Source: Lingula anatina
Lineage: Eukaryota; Animalia; Brachiopoda
Length of the DNA: 64,000 nt
Direction: 5' to 3'
Assembly (NCBI GenBank): GCA_051362555.1
Contig: CM120640.1
Span: 28,606,503 to 28,670,502, forward strand
The translations under genes and the position numbers were made by a program. Positions 27,301 to 41,700 of the stretch are shown here, piece after piece; position 1 is the first letter of the stretch, and each line of letters begins with the position of its first letter. Under the pieces are notes generated by a model. That model had not been told where the DNA came from. It did not search any database and worked only from the letters and a program-made list of their open reading frames with translations.

Positions 27301-29071
27301 AAATGTGTCATCAAATTATAACTACATTTTTTTTCCTTGACAGGATTTTTCTCCCAGGAAGACTACTGTAAATATCTTGGCTACATCCAAGGGTCCAGAA
27401 AGAAGCTGTTCAGTGACACAGAATACATAGAGAGAAGATTTGGCAGTAGACCTCACAGTAGAACAAGGAGCAGTCCTGCCAGAGTTAAGTCTGGATCTGA
27501 GAGGTCAAACTCTAGGGCATCCACCCCGAGGAGTGGGGTCACTTCCCCACGGGAAGGGAGTGAGACCCCTAGGTCTAAGAGCAGGGCAGAGGATAGACAA
27601 GAGGCAGAGAGAAAAGGTAGTGCTGTGAGGTTCCAGAGTGAGAAAAACAAACCAGAGAGCAGAGACTCAGCTGGCAGTGGTTCCAGTCCAACAACAACTA
27701 CAGACAGGTAGGATTCAATGTGGAAATTTTGAGGTTTTCTTCAACTAATAATTCAATCTTTTCCTGTCGTCTGTTGTCAAAATGCTAGATCTATGGTATG
27801 TTAGCAACATTAGAAACCCACCTGGACAAGGAGTAGAAGGTAAAGCAAATAAGTGGGAGAAGTTAATGTGTAAATTTGCAACCCTGAAATAATTTAGCCA
27901 CAGAATAAAAAATTGTCAGTAAATATAATAAAATTTAAATATTAACCAATATTATTTTATATTATAGATATTATTGTTAGTAAATACAGAAGATACTAGT
28001 AGACAATTCACAGATTGATAGATTTTTTATCATGTTCATTTGTAATGGAAACATGTAACTTGGGCAAGGGCCTTGATGATTGTCATAACATTTCAGATCT
28101 AAAACAACAGCAACTGCCAAGAAAACATCACCACCACAGGGGTCCAACAGTTCAAAGAAACAAAAAGGTCAGTCAGTCATTGGTTTTCAAAATATAGTTT
28201 TGATAACGTTCATCACAGTTTGGAGTGTCGGCAAAGTTTCTAAATGTGGAATCATAATTTATGAATATACAGTATATGAAGAAAATATCTTTTAAATTAT
28301 CATTTCTATATAACCTGCTTCCGCCGTCCCATGCTGTTAACTTAGTACTTATTTTGACAAAGATCCAAGGAAGGTGTTTCTTTTTAGTTAACAAAATATT
28401 TATCATCAGACATTTTTCATTTACCTTTGCAATAGGACTTCTTTATCTTTGTACTGATTTGATAATTTAAATTCTTTCTTTGAATTTCAGAAACGAGAGA
28501 GAAACCGACACCACGCCCAGAATCAAGGCAGACGACTCTGTCAGATTTCCGTGAATCTCCTAAAGCTGAAGAAGATAAGGCAACAGGTATATTAGGGTGT
28601 GGATAGTGCTTCCATAGTTGTTTTAAGTAGACTTCAATGACAAATATGGATTTTCCTACATTGTACCAGTAATGTGGATGCACAGTTTTTTGCCTCATAA
28701 ATTTTATTTACTTGTATGATTTAATCTTAGGATCTTATAATTGAAAAGAATAACTAAAATGCACAAAAATGTACATTTTATCCATTTCCTTTTTAAATGT
28801 AGAAAATAAACAAGAAAGTAAAGAGAACACTCCATCTTCTGAGAAACCACCCAGGAGTCCGTCTCCAGCACCAGAGAAGACAGAGACAAAAGAAAGTGCA
28901 GAAAATGAAACAGCTAAACCTGTTGAAAAAGAAGCAGAAGATTCTGGGAGGGAGACAGCTGGCGACACCACTAAGAGTGGTGATGAGACTGATAGATCCA
29001 AAAACTATGGTGATTCTGACTATGATACAGATACCAGGCCAAGTAAAAATGTTGATAATATTGAATATTAA
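21364..29071 (+). CDS. FAM216A: FAM216-domain protein with long Ser/Arg/Glu-rich disordered tail
   Basis: Exons 21364-21473, 24149-24381, 24675-24806, 25250-25516, 27344-27707, 28097-28167, 28491-28586, 28803-29071 join in frame. The motif LQHPDLTPGHKRYLADTAHVYS..MKDLVQERY resembles the FAM216 core (HPDLT.GQKRYL.SIA.IY). Position upstream of VPS29/RAD9/PPTC7 agrees. The start codon is uncertain because the frame is open back to the acceptor at 21344. Confidence 0.75.
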
Positions 29072-31155
29072 GAGAGAGACAAAATCAGTATTACAATAGT
29101 GTGTGGCATTACGATAGACCTAGTGAGTATATATTTTTGATAATAGAAAAAGCACAATGACTATTTTTTATCCCAGTAGATAAAAAAAGAGCTTGAATTT
29201 AATTTCCCAACATCTTTTGGACAGAACATTTTTATACAACTTTAGAGGTTTATTGTTCTCAAAAGTTTCCAAAAATCCAGTGCAGTTTTCTGGCACTGTT
29301 TGTATGCAAGTTTGACTATCTCACTTGGTTTCACAGTGTTTCGGATTGAGCATACAGACACTCAAATCGGTTTCAGATTCTTTATTGTTTTCACTAAGAT
29401 ACCAATACTATTGTAAGGTATGCTTCAGTTAGATGAAAAGTAACTCTCTGCTGTAGCTTTATGTGCTGTTACAAAGATGTTTTTTACCGATAAAAGTTGA
29501 CATAATAGCTTTTGTAAAGACATTTCCTTGCACAGCTAAGTACTAGTACTGTATATCGGATAAAAGTATATCTTAATTGTCATTTGCCAAATGCATTGCT
29601 TATGTGCAGAGTTGTCTGAATAGCATGTTATGACAGAAGAATATTGTGGCAGTGCCAAATATAACATGCTTTATTTTATTTTTTTATTTATACTTATGGC
29701 CATTCCTTGGATCTCTTACATATTTTATAAAATTGTCACTTTGGAAGACATTGACTTTAGTACTGTCTGTACAGAGCTTTATGTGATATTGCAAGAGGAA
29801 CTTAGCATTGGAACATTCCAATATTAAATGTATTATTTGATTACATAAATTATGCATTATCATCAGAACACATATGTCCAGTTTCAAAGGATGCTTAAAT
29901 ATGGTTTGAAAATTATCATTTGCTGTAAATTATGGTTGAAAATGCCATGCATTTTTGTAATAATAATTGATATTTTTGTGATATATTTACAAATATATAT
30001 TAAAGTGTCTTTCAAATTGTAGTCTGATTTCATCTATTTATTATCTCAATTAATGGTGTCATGTCTTCAAAATATCCACCAGCTGTATCTAGTCATTTTG
30101 GTACCGATGGGTTTGCATGACAAAGAGTACAACTGGTATTTAATAAACGCTGGACATATTTAAACCATTTTCCAATGGGAAGAGATTTCTGTGGGATTTT
30201 CTTCTAAAATACATATTTCACATTAATTCAGATATTTGAACAGAATTTGCGAACGCATTTGTGTGATTTTGACGCAAGTATTTGTCCGTGGCGTCTTCGC
30301 ATTTAGAAAGGGTTTCAATATCAGATATCTGAATAAATATAGAAGATTGACGTCGGCAACACGTTCTCTCTAAAGAAGCGTGAACGACAGATCTTATACT
30401 GTTGTCCACTGGGTTTCTATTTGTACCAGGCTGGACTTTTTTTTTGATCATAGTAAAACTTCAACTTTTACATTTCTGTGTAGCGCTATAGTCAAGCAAT
30501 TTAGCACATCTGATGTGGTATAATCTGTCTAACCATATTACCCATTGGTGATACATTCCAGTTTTAACTAAAAAGTATGTAATTAGTTTTGTTTCTTTTT
30601 CACAAACCGCAGAGCTGTCATTTCGTTTCTTTGCGCATCACTAACTTTTCTCAGTGCGTGAACTCACGCGTTGTCTAAAATCTTCTTATAGGCAGCTACC
30701 TCTTATGGATGCCCCTTCCACCGTAAACTAACCTTTCGGTATTTACCCTGCTATCGCAACTAATCTTTTGGAACAGAAGAATGTCATCGTAACAATAATG
30801 CTTTCCCTTTTCAAATTGCGTAAAATGTCATAACCATATATAACGTCTCTTGTTGAAGTTAAAATAAGCTATATGTAAAATAGGTTTACTTTGGCGTGAA
30901 GTGAGTGACTAAGGCCTCGGCACACTGACGGACATACAACGGTAAAATCCCTATTGAACGAATGAGGACAACTATATTTAGGCCTTCAACATATTAGGAT
31001 TTCAATGAAGCTGCTCGAATTCAAAACTCAAATCACGAAATTACATCCGTCTACTGCACAATCGACTGAGATACCGTTGCAATATATAGGACAGAAGAAC
31101 GTAGCGGTTAAGTTTTTGATACAAAGTGAAGCGTTCATTTCGGCGATATATCGAC

Positions 31156-34100
31156 ATGATTGGAATAGTGATATGGGCTGTAAGTGTTGCCGTGGCGTGG
31201 TGGCTTGCTCGGGCTATGTGGACGTACTACTACCTGAATTGCATGAAAGATGAAAAAGTGGATTTACCTTTACCCCCTGGCACGATGGGGCTTCCATTTA
31301 TAGGAGAAACTATCGATTTAGCCATGAAGGTAAGCTAAATTTTTGCAAGGTTTTAGATCTTTTAAAATATTTTAAAGTAATTCAATTAGAATGTAATAAA
31401 CTAGCCTACTTCTTAATTCTAATCACGATCCCTTCTGGATAGGGGCTGCCGCTTAAACGATTTTAGTATTTTAGAGGATCCATTTTTGTCCTTAACCAAA
31501 GCTAAATGCCTCGTTTAGTTCTTGCAGGTAACAGCCCACCCTGGTAGTGACGCGAAAAATGAACACAATTATTATTTCTTAGATTATATGTGAAGAGTAG
31601 TTATAACCTTGTGATTTGTTTCATATTCAGGTTTGTCTCTGTAAAGAGGAACCTGTGCTCTTTTTCTAGTTTCTTTAATTTGTCAACATGGCATTTTTGT
31701 AGTGTCTAATCCCTTACCATAACGTCGTTCTTTGTCAATTCTTTATTTTCCAAAACAATGCCTCAAATCTTTCAAAGAATAATTTTAAGTAAATGATTAA
31801 AATCATCCATTTTATGTTTCTTTTTGATCATTGAAAGAACCTACCGAGGATTTTTATATTGTTTGATTCCTTCTATTTCCAATTAGCCTGTACTTATATC
31901 TCAGTAGATTGCACTACTTCTTTTTAAGTATTGACATTTCTGCCTTTCTAAAATTTGCATTTTTACGAGAAGTAAATATTCAAGGAATGCATGTAACGGC
32001 CATTCACTTGGCTTGGTAGTTCACTTGCCTAAAAAAAGAAAATGCATTCATAAAGACATATATTTGGGGAATTTTTAGTGAGTACAAAATTTTTCTTGGC
32101 TGCAGGAAAATTCAGTGATAGTCATGTTCAATTTTTTCGCCACAGAATCGTCGAGCGCTACATTTAGAGGCTAATGTTAATAACATATTGCCGTTTAAGT
32201 TGAATGACATAATCGTAGTGAACTCATCCACAAACAATCAATTTGCAGAAGGATTTTTGGGAGAAAAAATACGAGAGGTACGGAAACATCTACAAAACGC
32301 ACGTCCTGGGCAGCCCAGTGGTACGAGTCACGAGCAGTGAATTTGTAAGCACAGTTCTGCGCGGTGAGAACACCCTGGTGAAGATCGGGGTTCCAAGACA
32401 CATAGAAGAACTCCTGGGGGACTGTGGTGCACTGTCTGTTATGACTGGTCCTAAACACACACCGCTGAAACAGGTGTTTTACCAAGTTTTAAGTGGCGTT
32501 TCTTTAGGTGAATTCTGCCCACGAATGCAAGAAGTTGTAAGGTAGGTGACACCAGGCGTTCTCCAAGAAGAAGTGTAGTTATCTCCGGTATTTCTCGTTC
32601 TTCATTAATTGTTGCATAATAAAGGGATTTTTCTTCATTTATCAATATATATTTGTCTTAGGACACACGAATAAAATTCCTACTGCCAAATAAGTTTTAT
32701 GCTATTGTCGTCATCTGGAAAGTTGTAGACGCTCCTTTTTCGGCAGGCACTGTAAGCAGTATTTATGTCTCCTTGATCTAAGTTGAAGTAAGAATTAGGA
32801 TATGTCCGCGTTAGTAATGTAACAGACACAAGTGTGATGTTTGAAATTTGGCCTGTGGTGGCCGCTTTTATTGGAAGTCGCATTAATAAAAAGAAATAAA
32901 GCGTATTACTGATAAACATTGATAATGTTGATAGATGATATAAACTTAGTGTGCGCATAACAAGCCAAATTTTAATGTCATGGCAAATATCTGATCTGTA
33001 AAATTTGTGATAAAATTGTCTCGTCCGCTCTTTTTAGATCTAATTTGGATATGCTGCTGGTGAAAAAGAACATTGCCGTATACGAGGAAATAAAAACGCT
33101 GAATTTCCAGGCCTCGTCAAAACTTTTATTGGGAGAAGACCGATTTGCAGCATCAGAAATGGATAAAATTCGACAAGCAGCGGTCGAATTTATGGGCGCT
33201 TTATTTACAGTTCCATGGAACATCCCAGGATTCCCAGTGTGGAAGGTAAACCACTTTGAATCTCCAGCATCAAGTATTTTAAGGAGATTAAATATGAATG
33301 CCTGTCCTCGTTTAAGAACGCGGAAAATTCTTTCATAGTAGTAGAGAACATTGATTACGGTAAAGAACAAAGTTATGTTTGCTAAACGCTTTAAACTTCC
33401 ATATTAGCTCCATACCTTGCCTTGAAGTTATTGACAATTAACGGTGCATGCATTACAATTTAAATTGTAAATATATGAGGTATTGTGTTCAAAGAGTGAC
33501 ATTTTGAGGCCAATATTTATTGATTTATTTATTTCTCCATCTAACGGAGTTATTGAATTTAGATAGTTAATAGGAAAGTGCGAAAGAAAAGCATTTTTTC
33601 TTAGTTTATATAAAAAAAATGTAAAGGTTCAAAAGGATTATTTTCTTCTATCAGACAGAGGTCCTGGATTCCACTAGGGCTTCTGTTCTCTTATTTGATG
33701 CATTTTTGTTTAGACGTGCTAAAATTTTGTTGCCGTTTTTAACACATAGACCCGGTTAAGAAAACATGTCATACGTGACTTTATGTCATCTATTAAATGT
33801 TAAAGTATGTTTTGTTTGACAGGCACGTCGTGGACGGCAAACTATCAATAGTTACATCGGTAAAGCCATTGACAGCAACAGTAACGACATTGACAACGGA
33901 GACGCAATCTCACATCTTCTTAAAGCTGCACTGCCCCTTCGCTGCAGACGTCTTACAAAGGATGATATATACACCAACTCTACAGCACTGCAACCAGAAT
34001 ACAGACGGCTTACCAGAATGGAGGTCATGGATGCTGCAGCAGAGATGTTATTCATGTCTTCTATCTCGACCAGCAGCGCTATGACCTCTATTGTGCTTCT

Positions 34101-34882
34101 CTTGGGCCAGCACCAAGAAGTTAGGGAAAAGATTCTGGCGGAACTCGGGGAACATGGCCTTCTCATGGCGAAAGACGATGTTAATATACAGCCACTCACA
34201 ACAGAAAAGCTGACGAAGCTGAAGTATGTCCAATGTGTCATAAAAGAAGTGCTGAGACTCAAACCACCTGTCGGGGGTGTTTTCAGAAAGGTGCTACAGA
34301 CTTTGGAACTTGGGGTACGTCTTTTCAAAACGTAAGAGAAAAATCCGTTTTAGTTTGCTTCCTTAAAAAGAGAGGTCTATATTTGTGCCGACCCACGGGT
34401 ATGCTTGAGACAAACGTGGATGACAGATATATAAAGTGGACGTACAACCACTAATCACATATATATTAATGGCGTTTCGAATAAAAACACGTGTAGTTTT
34501 ATTCATCTTCTCTAAATTCTAGGGTTACCAGATTCCACGGGGATGGACAGTTATTTGCAGCATCAAGGACATGCAAGAAAATAGTCAAGTATTTAAAGAT
34601 GGTCGAAACTTTAATCCAGAACGTTGGTTACACGTTTCACCTGAAGAAAGCAAACAACTCCGGTTCGAGAACATCCCTTTCGGTGGCGGTCACAGGGTGT
34701 GTCCTGGGCGCAAATTTGCTCAACAGCTCTTGCAGATATTTACAATAGAACTGGTTGCAAAATGTAACTGGGAGTTGACAAACCCAAACCCCACAATGGC
34801 CCGCCTCCCCGTCTTACACCCGGTGGACAGTCTACCTGCAGTGTTTTCACCTCGGAGAAGTCGACATAACCATCCTGATTAG
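31156..34882 (+). CDS. Cytochrome P450, CYP26-like, 5 exons, atypical I-helix
   Basis: Exons 31156-31329, 32249-32541, 33038-33245, 33823-34314, 34523-34882. N-terminal anchor, [83 protein letters not shown] and LHPVDSLP are all CYP26-family signatures. Confidence 0.93.
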
Positions 34883-36107
34883 CAAGCACTGTACTATTTA
34901 CTGTTTTTTATGTTTCTTCATTTAGCTTTAACACAATTTTAAATTGAATTAGGTGACAGTACAAGATATAGAGTAATGACTATCACAACCATTTTTGACC
35001 ATTCCTCAAAGTTTTTTTTATAAACCTAAATATCAAAGGTGGTTGTATGGTTACATATTTTATTTTCTTTCGTAAACAGTTTACACTGTGTGACTTCAGA
35101 AAACCTTACATTTTTCTCGACAGAAATATCCAGACATCAAACTGGCATTATACAATACAAACTACAATATCTCATAATAATCTTACCTGCTGATTAAGAT
35201 GAGATCTACCCTAACATTTAAAGTTTTCTTGGCATAAAAGATTTAGAAAGTAAAAAAATCTGTTGTAGACTCAAATTGGCATTAATATTTTGGAATTATT
35301 TGCCTAAATCCAAAATGTTCTCTTTTAATAGAAATTAATGAAATATCTTTCATCATTCATGTAACAAATGATCAGTTCCTTATAACTGGTTCTTCAAAAA
35401 GAAAAAAAAAACTATTCTAAATAGTATTGGTTACTATACAAGAGGACTGTACAGATACCTTAACATAAAAGATGCTACTGTTATAAATACAACACTGCCA
35501 AAAAGGCTCTTAAACTTTTAATTTGCAAATGGCATTTGGCTATCTCAGGAATGTCATCTGTTCTAATTACAGTTACGCAAATCTATGTACATAAATATAA
35601 ATATTGATCATAGCAAGAATTGACTAAGTATAGCTACTTATTGAAAAAAGGTGACATAGTGGAAAAAGGAACCTCACTGATAACATACATCTCAGTTAAT
35701 GTCTATTACCTTACTCTTGATCATTTACAATAACAGGCTTACTTAATGATCTTGCAGAAAATTTTTTAATTAAAATTCAGCTCAGTTTTTCAAGCTTTAG
35801 CATTCTCCATAGTAAATGAGAAAATTGGGAATAAACTGACAATTCTCATACCCCCTTTAGATCATCAACATATCTGTGAAGGACACCAATGTAACAATTG
35901 CAATGGTACAAAACATCTGATGTTACAAATTACATGTTCCTTGACATCCCCATTCAACCATTGCACAACATGTTTGCTACCCTCCTTGCTTTTATTTCTA
36001 AAAAATCAAGAACTCATAACTATGAACTCGTGATAATATCCACAAGGAATATCTTTGTCAATGTCTATATTTCCACTTCTTTACATGATTACACGTTTTT
36101 TTCTCCA

Positions 36108-38484
36108 TTAATTTTTCTTGTATTCTATCCTTTCCACCTTGACTTCCTCTCCAATCAGTTGGTACACATAAGCCACGACTGTGGACTGTTGAATGTCCAG
36201 TAGACAGAATGATGGAGTCACTCCACTAGAAGAAAAATAAAATGCAAATGTCACTAAACTTTAATGGTTAATGTAAATTTACTCAAGATCATTTCAAGAT
36301 TCATTTACTGACTTGAGAATGTTATTAACAACCATATATACATGCTTACCTGTGAAAAATTGGCACAGGTCCATCAATTTAATATCATATGTATCTGAGT
36401 TTTCTTTTAATCTCATACCACCAATAATTGTTTAATAGCAAAATATCAACTTTTTGGACTGTTCATGTTACAAGAAGTTTAAAGAAATCAGCACTGTAAT
36501 GTATAAAGGAAGAAAACAATATGCGAGGTGTCTGGATCCTTACACATAATAAATAGGGCATGAAAATCTGGGATGAATATCCATGTACTTTCTAGGGCAA
36601 GTCCATAACCATTTTAAAATATTCACAGCACGCAGTTACTTTCATGGATCAGTTAGCAGGTCATCTATGTTTTGAAAATATAGCTCACTGAGAGTCAAAT
36701 GTGACTATATCTATTTGGAGATGGGGCAAACAGAAAAAGAACATAGTTTTTGCATGTTGTTACGCTATGCTTCAGTTAACGACGTGTGTTGCATTAGAGA
36801 TTTTGTGAAATATTGTTGTTCACAACTAACACAATCAAGGGTGTCATACATGAGTAAAAAAAACAATCAGCTGAGGGGCTGACAGAACTAGTCTTTTAAA
36901 AGCAGAAACTACTTATCTTTCCGATGAACAATATGTATTTGTTGTACCTGGGGCCTACCTACCTTGGATGACCAGCCCTACAATTTAACATTCCCTGAGA
37001 TTATGAATTACAACCACAAATGCAAACTGCAATATATTAACACAGCCCACACTAACCTGTCCAAAGCACTATATGCCCCTGTTGCCGATCCTGGATTAAT
37101 GTAAAATTTGGATTCATGCTCAAACGCCTCAAATTTATGGGTGTGTCCAGAGATGAGAATGTCTACATCTAACTGTCTCTGAATCATAGCCAAGCTATCT
37201 GTGTCACCCCATGGTACAACCTGGTGACCATGGCACAAGCCTATGCGGAACTGACCCACTGTCACCACTTTCTGCTCAGGGTAGTTGAGGTTCTGAAAAA
37301 GAAAAGTTACATAAATAAGAAAAGAAAGAAAGAATTTTACATAGATATAGCCTGTAAATAAAAAAGAATGTCAGTTTATTTATGTGGTTCACGCTTGTAA
37401 AAAAAGGAGGGGGGGGAGCATCAAATAAAAGAAACTAAAGCCCCTTTCAAATGGGTTTAAACAAACATGATAGAAGGATGTCAATTTTGTTTGTTATTGG
37501 TAACCAATTACTTAGGGTTCTCTCAAACAAAGTGATTCCACTGTGCCTCTTCAGACAAACAAAATTCAACATCAACATTATATGTCAAATTTGATAAGTC
37601 CTGGTATAGTTGTAAGTGCAAAGTTTTAAAAAGTTCAGTTTACAGTCACAACATCAGATACCTATCAGATATGAAACAATTTCTATGTAAGATGTTTAAT
37701 CCTGTGTACCAGTATAGTAACCATAACTAATCATTATGTTTGAAGTCCCTTACCTCATCAAAGTCCCCTCTGACCACATGCACATCACTTGCTAATGTCT
37801 TGAGATAGTCAAAGGATTCTTTAGTACACAGGTTACCAGTACACAAGATGTGCTGTATCTTACCAGGTACCAGCAATTTCTTGAACTTCTGTGGTAAGCT
37901 ATTACATCTATGAGGTATATGGAGATCACCTAGCACTAGCACCAACTGGAATGGAGATAAGATACACTGTAAATGTGTAGATACAGTTCTGTACTCAACA
38001 TCTTGTAAAATTACAATTTTCAAGTTCATTTTAATTCAGGTCATGATATCTTGAATACCCGGTATCTTCATATGAATCTGTCATTATACTTCCACCTACT
38101 GTAGATTGTCAAATTATGGATAAAATTAATGCCTTTAAACTTTTATTTAATTAACAATTGAAAATAATTTTGAAGCACAGAAATCTTACACCTAATATCA
38201 CTGGCATCAAGGAAATTGGACTAATAAATTACGAAGCGATACTATAATACTTGTCAATACCAGTGGCAATACATGATACAGACTACATTGATATACTACA
38301 TACATGCACTGTAAGTTATACGCCCCCTTACATTCATTGTTTTAAGCAAGCGTAAAATCTCGACATAAAACGTTCATTTCTTTACATAAATCTGAAATAG
38401 CGTGTTCACACCCTTGTCTTAAATCATCTAAATTATTCACGTTTCCCTTTTAATTTTAAAATAAGGAAGTAAACTTTTTACCAT
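36108..38484 (-). CDS. VPS29: Retromer/retriever subunit VPS29, 4 coding exons (first is ATG only)
   Basis: Exons 38484-38482, 37945-37754, 37292-37057, 36225-36108. Translation M|[32 protein letters not shown]|[55 protein letters not shown]. Confidence 0.99.
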
Positions 38485-38793
38485 TTTCGATCCTCTGTTT
38501 TCACGTCGGTCACTTGACTTCCGGTTTAACCAATGATTGTAATCTACAGCGCTATTGGATATTGACAAAGAGGCCCTGACAGGAAATTAAAAATATAACC
38601 AATTGAATGCTACGATTGATTTGCACGATTTCCCGGGAAAATCGAAAAATATAACATGGATGCTGATCAGAGCCCGAGAATTATAATCTGCTCGTGCTTC
38701 AGCACCTTCATGCTGTTGAGAGGGTCGTGAGACCTTGTCAGACACACTCACAATGTAATAGCATTGTAGAACGTGTTGAAAAATATCAGAGTA
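38485..38793. promoter_or_regulatory. Bidirectional promoter of VPS29/RAD9
   Basis: 309 bp between divergent ATGs; CpG retained; ETS-type ACTTCCGGT at 38517-38525. Confidence 0.75.
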
Positions 38794-41700
38794 ATGAAGT
38801 GCATCATTCCAGGAATCAACGTGAAAGGTAAGGCGGGATACGATCTGTACGTGTATGATGGATCCTAGGCTAGGGGTGAGAGGAATAGGTTATTATAACA
38901 ATAACATTAATATGGAAAAGGTGGAAATGCAGAAATAAACCAAGAAATAGTGAAGCTGGGCTAGGTGTACCCTCTAGCTAGGGTGGCAGATTATAAATGG
39001 GAAAAGCACAGAGCCAAATGATTGTCTACAGTATTTATCTAGAGACATATCTGTGAATATCTGTGAAAAATCAATCTGTCGCCCTGGTAGAGGGTAGGCT
39101 AGGTCTACATGTATGATTATACATGTAAGTGAAAACACGCAGGTACGCACATGCACACACACACACACAGTACACAAACACACACACACACACACACTTG
39201 ATTAAATCTCTAATTCAAAGTAAATAATATTACTGACTGAATAGAACTGACAGAGATGAACCCCAAAATAATCCTTAATTGTTATCTTTGTACATGCGTT
39301 TCAACTTCAGCTGTCAAAATGACCAAGTGATGTAATATTTGTTCAAATATTTGTTTCACACATGCTATAAATTTATATTGCAATTATCAGATTTCATATT
39401 ATTTCAGTGTTTGGAAGAGCCATACATTCCCTGGCCAAGATTGGTGAAGAATTATACTTGGAACCCTTGGAACATGGTGTAATTGACTTAATTACATGTA
39501 CAAGTTGTGTTTTTTAAACAATAGTGGTATTTTGCCTGAAGATTTTGGGAAGTGTTTAAAAATAATAACATTGAACCATTTTCCACAACTAGTAACTATT
39601 TAAATTGAATTTGTATTTGCATTGAAATTTAAATAGAATGTTCTGGATAATGATAAATTATTTTTTATCATCATTTTATATAATCAACTGGTTATTTGGT
39701 GTCAATGAGTCAACTACAAAAAAAGAAAAAAAAATCAAAACTTAAACATAATTTCAAGTGAGGATATGTCACAACAACATTTCCTTTTCAATGCTAAACT
39801 GCAAAAAACAATCTATTTTCAGCTTGCTCTCCGAACAGTGAATTCTTCCAGATCTGCCTATGCCTGTTTTGTGTTTGCTCCTAGCTTTTTCCAGCACTAT
39901 GATGATGGTTCTGGGCAACTTAACTCCCAGGATTCAGAGGAAGATGTGCTCAGGTGTAAAATTAACATGAAGGTAAGGGGGAGTCCTTCATGTACCTCCA
40001 TATAAAAAGACACCACCCCACTGAATTTGTTAAAGGTTTATGTTCATACAGGCATTTTTGGCCTGAAATGGTTCTAGTGTTAAACCAGTCTGAGTGCCGT
40101 TTAGATTAAATGGTAGTCCCAAAGTGGTAGACAATATTTTTTATCCCTTTCTAGTAATTTTTTTGACCACTTAAGCTCATATGATAACAATAATGTATAA
40201 ATATTATGTTAATACTAGACATTACATATGGGTAGCAACATTTTTTAGCTTTTTGTGCTGCTGCTGCTGATTTATTTTGTGCTTAAATAGCATACAGTGT
40301 AGGTCACAGAATTGTCTTTTAATGAGGAAATAACTCTTAAGACTACTAGCATCATTTTTTTGACACTCTTGGAGTGATGTTGCGGAAAAAAATTGCTCAG
40401 TCATAAATTTAGGTACTGCTACTGCCTCTTAACAATGGTTTTGTCATTTTCTATGATCTTTTATTTTCTCACTCTTAGTCATGTTTGACAGTGTTCAAAT
40501 CCCTGTCAACCATTGAGAGGACTGTTGACAGGTGCAAGATATCCCTGAACCTACAGGAGTCTAGACTGGTGTTTCAGCTTTACTGCAGGCATGGTAATTA
40601 TGAATAACTTCATTTTTAATTACTCATGAAATCCAAACAGTTATCATGAAAAAGGGGTATTTTACTACAGCATTAAATTTGGTCAAATGAAGGAATGTTA
40701 AGTTGATAAGCTCTGAATTCACAGTAATTATTAGGAATTATTGTATATATCAATCTGTACATTATTTTTGGATTTGCTTATTAGTGATTATGACATACGA
40801 AAATGTTACTTGTTTTATTTAGAAGCACACTTTGACTTATTCACTTTAAACATTACATGAACTACAAACCCCCTTTTCTGTTTGTAGGTATTGTGAAAAC
40901 CCATAATTTATCTTTCATTGAATGTGAAACTTTACAAGCAGTCTTCTCCAAGGATCTCTGTCCCAATGCTTTTACAGCACAAGCAAAGTAAGTAGGGTTT
41001 TATTTTTACCATTCAAGTTGAATTTGGGTGAAATTTAAGTCTTTTTATTTTAGAAAAGATAAAATAATAAGGTCTTGGTAATTTCATCTTTTCTAGTATG
41101 TGTGCCTTGGCTTGCTGATGTAAGGCTTACCAACATACTTAAAGTGATAATAACTCTTTGTTTCGGCCAAAAAATGAATTTTCCTGGAGTAAACAATAAT
41201 TTTTCCATACTTACCAATGGTTAATGAATCCATTTTTACATTCAAAGATAGTCCCTGGTTTTTTTCTAAAAAGTTTGGTTTTTTGTTAAAATCTCTTAAG
41301 AGATTTTCATTGTCTTAAGAGATTTTAACAGAGTATAGCCATCAATGGAGGTCACGTGGTCTAAAAACAAGCTCAGATATCAGAATAATAGCTATAACTG
41401 CCGTTTTTGTGGTAAAACAGAATATATTATATTTCTATGAGTTATTCACATTGTTTTTATTGTGAAATATAGATCTCATACAAAGAGTTATTATCCCTTT
41501 AACAAATTAAATTAAATATAATAGTGATTTTCTGTTTTTTCTTTTAGGCTTTTGAGTGATATTGTTCTAAATTTCCAAAATAACCAAGAGGAGGTAACCT
41601 TGATTATGAAGCCAGATAAAGTTTTACTCAAGAACTATGTGGAAGATGAACCTGGTGAGAAAAAAAAGAAACTTTATTTTGTGAAAAACTATTTCGTTAA

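Noticed and set aside
30200-31155. Retinoic-acid response element upstream of the CYP26-like gene
   Set aside because: I found only an isolated TGAACT half-site (~30659), with no DR5 or DR2 partner by eye.
32978-34328. Minus-strand ORFs of 130 aa and 158 aa
   Set aside because: Antisense shadows of CYP26 exons 3 and 4.
41206-41220. ATACTTACC resembling the U1 snRNA 5' end
   Set aside because: Only 9 nt, inside a MITE; no U1 stem-loops or Sm site follow.
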